A stretch of 64,000 bases of DNA from Spirochaetia bacterium (GTDB lineage: Bacteria; Spirochaetota; Spirochaetia; DSM-27196; Salinispiraceae), in contig JBBRCZ010000001.1 in the NCBI GenBank assembly GCA_038204425.1, positions 480,001-544,000 on the forward strand, written 5' to 3'. Every line of letters starts with the position of its first letter. Position 1 is the first letter of the stretch. Of the stretch, positions 60,618 to 64,000 are shown piece by piece. The notes under the pieces are model-generated. The model was not told where the DNA came from and did no database searches. It saw only the letters and a program-made list of their open reading frames with translations. Both the position numbers and the translations under genes were made by a program.

Positions 60618-60689
60618 GTCTCCTTCGTCTAGTGGTTAGGACAGCGGGTTTTCATCCCGCCAACAGGGGTTCGACTCCCCTAGGAGATG
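60618..60689 (+). tRNA. tRNA-Glu(TTC)
   Basis: GTCTCCT/AGGAGAT acceptor stem, GCGGG-TTTTCAT-CCCGC anticodon arm, GGTTCGACTCC. Confidence 0.95.
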
Positions 60690-60741
60690 AGTGTAATAGT
60701 TCTGGCCGTTGGACGGTTTTGACCGGAGACTACGGTGTCAT

Positions 60742-60813
60742 GTCTCCTTCGTCTAGTGGTTAGGACAGCGGGTTTTCATCCCGCCAACAGGGGTTCGACT
60801 CCCCTAGGAGATG
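60742..60813 (+). tRNA. tRNA-Glu(TTC), identical second copy
   Basis: Same 72-nt sequence as 60618-60689. Confidence 0.95.
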
Positions 60814-60849
60814 AAAAAAGCTGTTGTGGAATACCACAACAGCTTTTTT
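60814..60849. terminator. Bidirectional rho-independent terminator
   Basis: A6-GCTGTTGTGG-AATA-CCACAACAGC-T6. Confidence 0.9.
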
Positions 60850-60876
60850 ATTTTCCATAGGTCGTTGGGATGGCTT

Positions 60877-61347
60877 TTAGAACCAGAAACGAAGTCCTAC
60901 TGCACCTTGGATATTGAAGCCAAAATCAGCCTGATTGCTAACCACAATGCCAAGTGCCGGAGCTATTTCAGCAAAGAGTTCAAACCATCTGGTAATAAAT
61001 AACTGCAAACCAAGTGGCAGACGTGCTCCGATAGCAAATTGAGCAGGATCACCAGTCACAATGGCTGCATAGGCACCTAAGCCAACGAAACCTTCTAGCG
61101 GTCCAACAACTACACCTTGGATGAGCCACCAGTCAGCAATGAGTCCAATGCTAACATTATTGCCACCTAGGTTACCGACACCAATTCCCAACAAGGGAGC
61201 GTTGTCTAGTTTTAGTGACAACATGACGTTATTTCCTGGCAAATTTCCCCAGAAAGGCAGACCAGCTTCGACGCCGATGCCCACTGCAAAGACGCTACCG
61301 CAGCCAATTACGGCTATCAGAACCAACAAAACCACAATCTTCTTCAT
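60877..61347 (-). CDS. Small outer-membrane beta-barrel (spirochaetal DUF3996-like)
   Basis: Signal peptide, GARLPLGL, ELFAEIAP, terminal GLRFWF. Confidence 0.75.
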   Translation of the reverse strand: MKKIVVLLVLIAVIGCGSVFAVGIGVEAGLPFWGNLPGNNVMLSLKLDNAPLLGIGVGNLGGNNVSIGLIADWWLIQGVVVGPLEGFVGLGAYAAIVTGDPAQFAIGARLPLGLQLFITRWFELFAEIAPALGIVVSNQADFGFNIQGAVGLRFWF

Positions 61348-61465
61348 AGATCCTCCTAATTGTGTGAAAAGTTAATCAACTAATCTAAGAATTGCAAGCT
61401 TATACGCTGCTGCTTGATTCTCGCACTTAGTCCGGTTACTATTGAATCTGCGGGGGTTTTTACTG

Positions 61466-62221
61466 ATGAGGGTTGTTATTGTTGGTTACGGACGTATGGG
61501 AAAGGAAGTGGAAGCTATTTGCTTGGAGCGCGGTCATACTATAGTTTGTCGTGTCGATACTTCTGAGAGCCTTGCGGACGTAAAATTTTTAAACGAAGCC
61601 ACTTTAGATGGGATTGACGGCGTGATTGAGTTCTCCTTGGCGGATGCGGTTTTAGATCATGCAAAACTATATGCTCAAACAGGAACAAAGGCCGTAATCG
61701 GCACAACGGGCTGGGAATCACAAAAGCATCAAGTCGAGTCCTTAATCAAATCAAGTAAAGCAGCGCTCTTGCACGGCTCTAACTTTTCTATTGGCGCCCA
61801 TATAATGTTTAAGCTTTCAGCAATGGCCGCTTCCTTAATTAAGGACCTTAGTGATTATGATATTGCTGTCCATGAGGTTCATCACAACAAGAAAGTTGAC
61901 AGCCCTTCTGGAACTGCCCTAAGCATAGCGGAACGCATCATTGAAAAGCTTCCAAGAAAAAAAGTAGTGCAATCAAACAGCCTCAATCGGCCAATTGCTC
62001 CTGAAGAGCTACATGTGTCGTCTGCACGACTGGGTTCCATAGCCGGGATTCATACGGTTCTTTTGGATAGCGCAGCCGATAGCATAGAAATTACTCACAC
62101 TGCACGTTCAAGAAGGGGCTTGGCATTAGGCTCAGTTCTTGCCCTTGAGTGGTTGCAAGGCAAACAAGGATTCTTCCGTGTAGAAGACTTTATTGATGAA
62201 AAACTTGGACTTGGCAATTGA
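61466..62221 (+). CDS. dapB: 4-hydroxy-tetrahydrodipicolinate reductase
   Basis: GYGRMG, IGTTG, NFSIG, EVHHNKKVDSPSGTA. Confidence 0.95.
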   Translation: MRVVIVGYGRMGKEVEAICLERGHTIVCRVDTSESLADVKFLNEATLDGIDGVIEFSLADAVLDHAKLYAQTGTKAVIGTTGWESQKHQVESLIKSSKAALLHGSNFSIGAHIMFKLSAMAASLIKDLSDYDIAVHEVHHNKKVDSPSGTALSIAERIIEKLPRKKVVQSNSLNRPIAPEELHVSSARLGSIAGIHTVLLDSAADSIEITHTARSRRGLALGSVLALEWLQGKQGFFRVEDFIDEKLGLGN

Positions 62222-62230
62222 GGAGTATCT

Positions 62231-63106
62231 ATGTTTGAAGGAATATATACCGCGCTCGTTACCCCTTTTAATACAAACGGCAGTATTGATGAAGCTGCCC
62301 TAAAGGCCTTGGTCGACGAACAGATAGAAGCAGGCATTAAAGGCTTGGTACCGGTCGGCAGCACTGGCGAGAGTCCAACCGTGAGTCATCTAGAAAACGT
62401 TAGAGTGGTGGAACTTGTAGTCAAACAAGCTGCCGGCAGGGTGCCTGTTGTAGCGGGTACAGGCTCAAATAGCACGGCCGAAGCAATAGAAATGACCAAG
62501 GCTGCGCATAGCTTGGGGGCAAGCGCTAGCTTGCAGGTTGCCCCCTACTATAACAAACCAAATGCGGAAGGTTTTTACCGCCACTTCTCAAGCATTGCCG
62601 AAGCGGTTGATCTTCCACTCGTGGTCTATAACATACCTGGTCGAACGGGCAAGAACGTTGAAACCGCGACAATCCTCAAACTTGCCCAACACCAAAATAT
62701 AGTTGCCGTAAAAGAATGCAGTGGCAATTTGGATCAAGTTATGGATCTCATTAACTTAGCTCCCAAGGATTTTTCTATCATTTGTGGTGACGACAATATG
62801 GCAATTGTCTATTTTGGACTTGGCGCCAAGGGTTTGATATCAGTCGCCAGCCACTTAGTAGCCCGGCACTTAGTTGAGCTTTATGACCTTGTAAGTAGCG
62901 GCAAGCATAGTCAGGCTTTGGCGCTGCACTACAAATTGTTACCTTTGTTCCGTTCTATGTTTATTGACACCAACCCTATTCCTCTCAAGTATGCTCTTTC
63001 ACAACTGGGTAAGATTAAAGAAGTTTATCGACTCCCACTTTGCGAGATGACCGTTGACCTAAAACACCAGATGAACAAGACACTTAGTGACTTTGGCTTG
63101 CTGTAA
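62231..63106 (+). CDS. dapA: 4-hydroxy-tetrahydrodipicolinate synthase
   Basis: GSTGESPT, PYYNKP, YNIPGRTG, VKE, TNPIPLK. Confidence 0.96.
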   Translation: MFEGIYTALVTPFNTNGSIDEAALKALVDEQIEAGIKGLVPVGSTGESPTVSHLENVRVVELVVKQAAGRVPVVAGTGSNSTAEAIEMTKAAHSLGASASLQVAPYYNKPNAEGFYRHFSSIAEAVDLPLVVYNIPGRTGKNVETATILKLAQHQNIVAVKECSGNLDQVMDLINLAPKDFSIICGDDNMAIVYFGLGAKGLISVASHLVARHLVELYDLVSSGKHSQALALHYKLLPLFRSMFIDTNPIPLKYALSQLGKIKEVYRLPLCEMTVDLKHQMNKTLSDFGLL

Positions 63107-63107
63107 T

Positions 63108-64000
63108 TCACAGCAAGCGTGCCCAAGCCAAAAACTCATCGGGAGAGACAGTCTCAGCCCTTCTTTTTAGGTCAATACCAAGCAAAGAAGCAGAGTCTCG
63201 TACTGAATCCATGCCTGGATACTTTGCTAGGCTACTTGATTTGAGGTTGTTCTCGAGTGTTTTTCGACGAGAAACAAAGCTTGATCTAACTAGTGAACCA
63301 AAAGAAGACGGAAAGTCATCAACAATATAGTCGTCTCGAGGATCCAGGCTTACAATGGCACTTTGCACTTCTGGTTCTGGATAGAATAGCTGCGGCCCCA
63401 AAATTGCGGGGATCTCCACTCGGTAACGAGCTTGGCATTGCACTGAAAACGAAGAATAGTTTTCGCTATCAACTGCACAAGCCATTCGCTCAGCGCCTTC
63501 TTTCTGAACGGTGTAGACCATTCGACAACGCCAGTTGTTTTCCAAACAATGCATAATAAAGGCCGAGGCGGCATTATAGGGGAGATTTCCACAGATACCG
63601 TCTACCTTTGAGTTAATCGTGTCTTCTTTCCAAGCATCTGACGAGGTTTTAATCGCATCACCGCTTGTCAAGAAAAAGTTACTGCATTCGCCAAATAGCT
63701 TTTGCAGGATCCTAATGAAGCCATGGTCTATTTCAAAAACCCGCAGCTTTTTGACGGAGTCTACAATATGGTGAGTAAGTGCACCCAAGCCTGGTCCCAC
63801 CTCCCACCAGGTTTGACTAGTCTGCAGCTTCATGCAACGCACCAATTCTTCGCGTGCGTGGCGACCAATCATAAAGTTTTGACCGAATTTTTTTGACATA
63901 GCGAGACCCTCAGATTCGAGCAACTTAGCAAGTTCTTTTGGTGAATCCCACTGAATTGAGCTTAGCTTTAATGAGCTAGTTTTTTTGTGTACGTCTTCTG
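63108..64000 (-). CDS. rsmA: 16S rRNA adenine dimethyltransferase (5' end beyond the window)
   Basis: Frame is open to the window edge: WDSPKELAKLL..SKKFGQNF, EVGPGLGALT, GNLPYN, RRKTL. Confidence 0.93.
   Translation of the reverse strand, partial: EDVHKKTSSLKLSSIQWDSPKELAKLLESEGLAMSKKFGQNFMIGRHAREELVRCMKLQTSQTWWEVGPGLGALTHHIVDSVKKLRVFEIDHGFIRILQKLFGECSNFFLTSGDAIKTSSDAWKEDTINSKVDGICGNLPYNAASAFIMHCLENNWRCRMVYTVQKEGAERMACAVDSENYSSFSVQCQARYRVEIPAILGPQLFYPEPEVQSAIVSLDPRDDYIVDDFPSSFGSLVRSSFVSRRKTLENNLKSSSLAKYPGMDSVRDSASLLGIDLKRRAETVSPDEFLAWARLL

Noticed and set aside
60618..60813. 72-bp direct repeat as a CRISPR unit or prophage att site
   Set aside because: Both copies are complete tRNA-Glu genes 52 bp apart in an ordinary tRNA operon.

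Overview
Bacterial chromosomal window, most likely from a free-living spirochaete. Supporting signs are an orphan groES, a DUF3996-like and a TraF/FadL-like outer-membrane barrel, a JAB-fused DinG, a short spirochaete-type sigma70 and a spirochaete-like RsmA N-terminus; this taxonomy is inferred from recognition, not from a search. Most of the window is housekeeping and amino-acid metabolism: gltB (partial), argS, leuA-cimA, fumC, hisI, gltX, lysC, PNP, dapB-dapA, rsmA (partial), tRNA-Lys and two tRNA-Glu. Three regions stand out. (1) A sulfur-assimilation operon (15.9-23.6 kb) in which cysD and cysN carry in-frame deletions, while cysK, a sulfite reductase with two complete siroheme/[4Fe-4S] Cys sets, a translationally coupled DsrL/GltD-like NADPH flavo-Fe-S protein and two complementarily degenerate SirC/CysG-N paralogues are intact. 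(2) A ~4 kb decayed island (31.36-35.42 kb) holding an IS3 remnant, an XRE fragment, a RelE pseudogene, attC-like sites, a dead XerD-like fragment and two RHS toxin tips with immunity genes. (3) A perfect sigma54 promoter with three phased upstream sites driving an alternative sigma70, resembling the Borrelia RpoN-RpoS cascade. Also noted: a His-to-Asn sensor pseudokinase, a structured gltB leader, a CPR-like glycosyltransferase and a cyanobacteria-like small protein. No CRISPR array or rRNA was seen.
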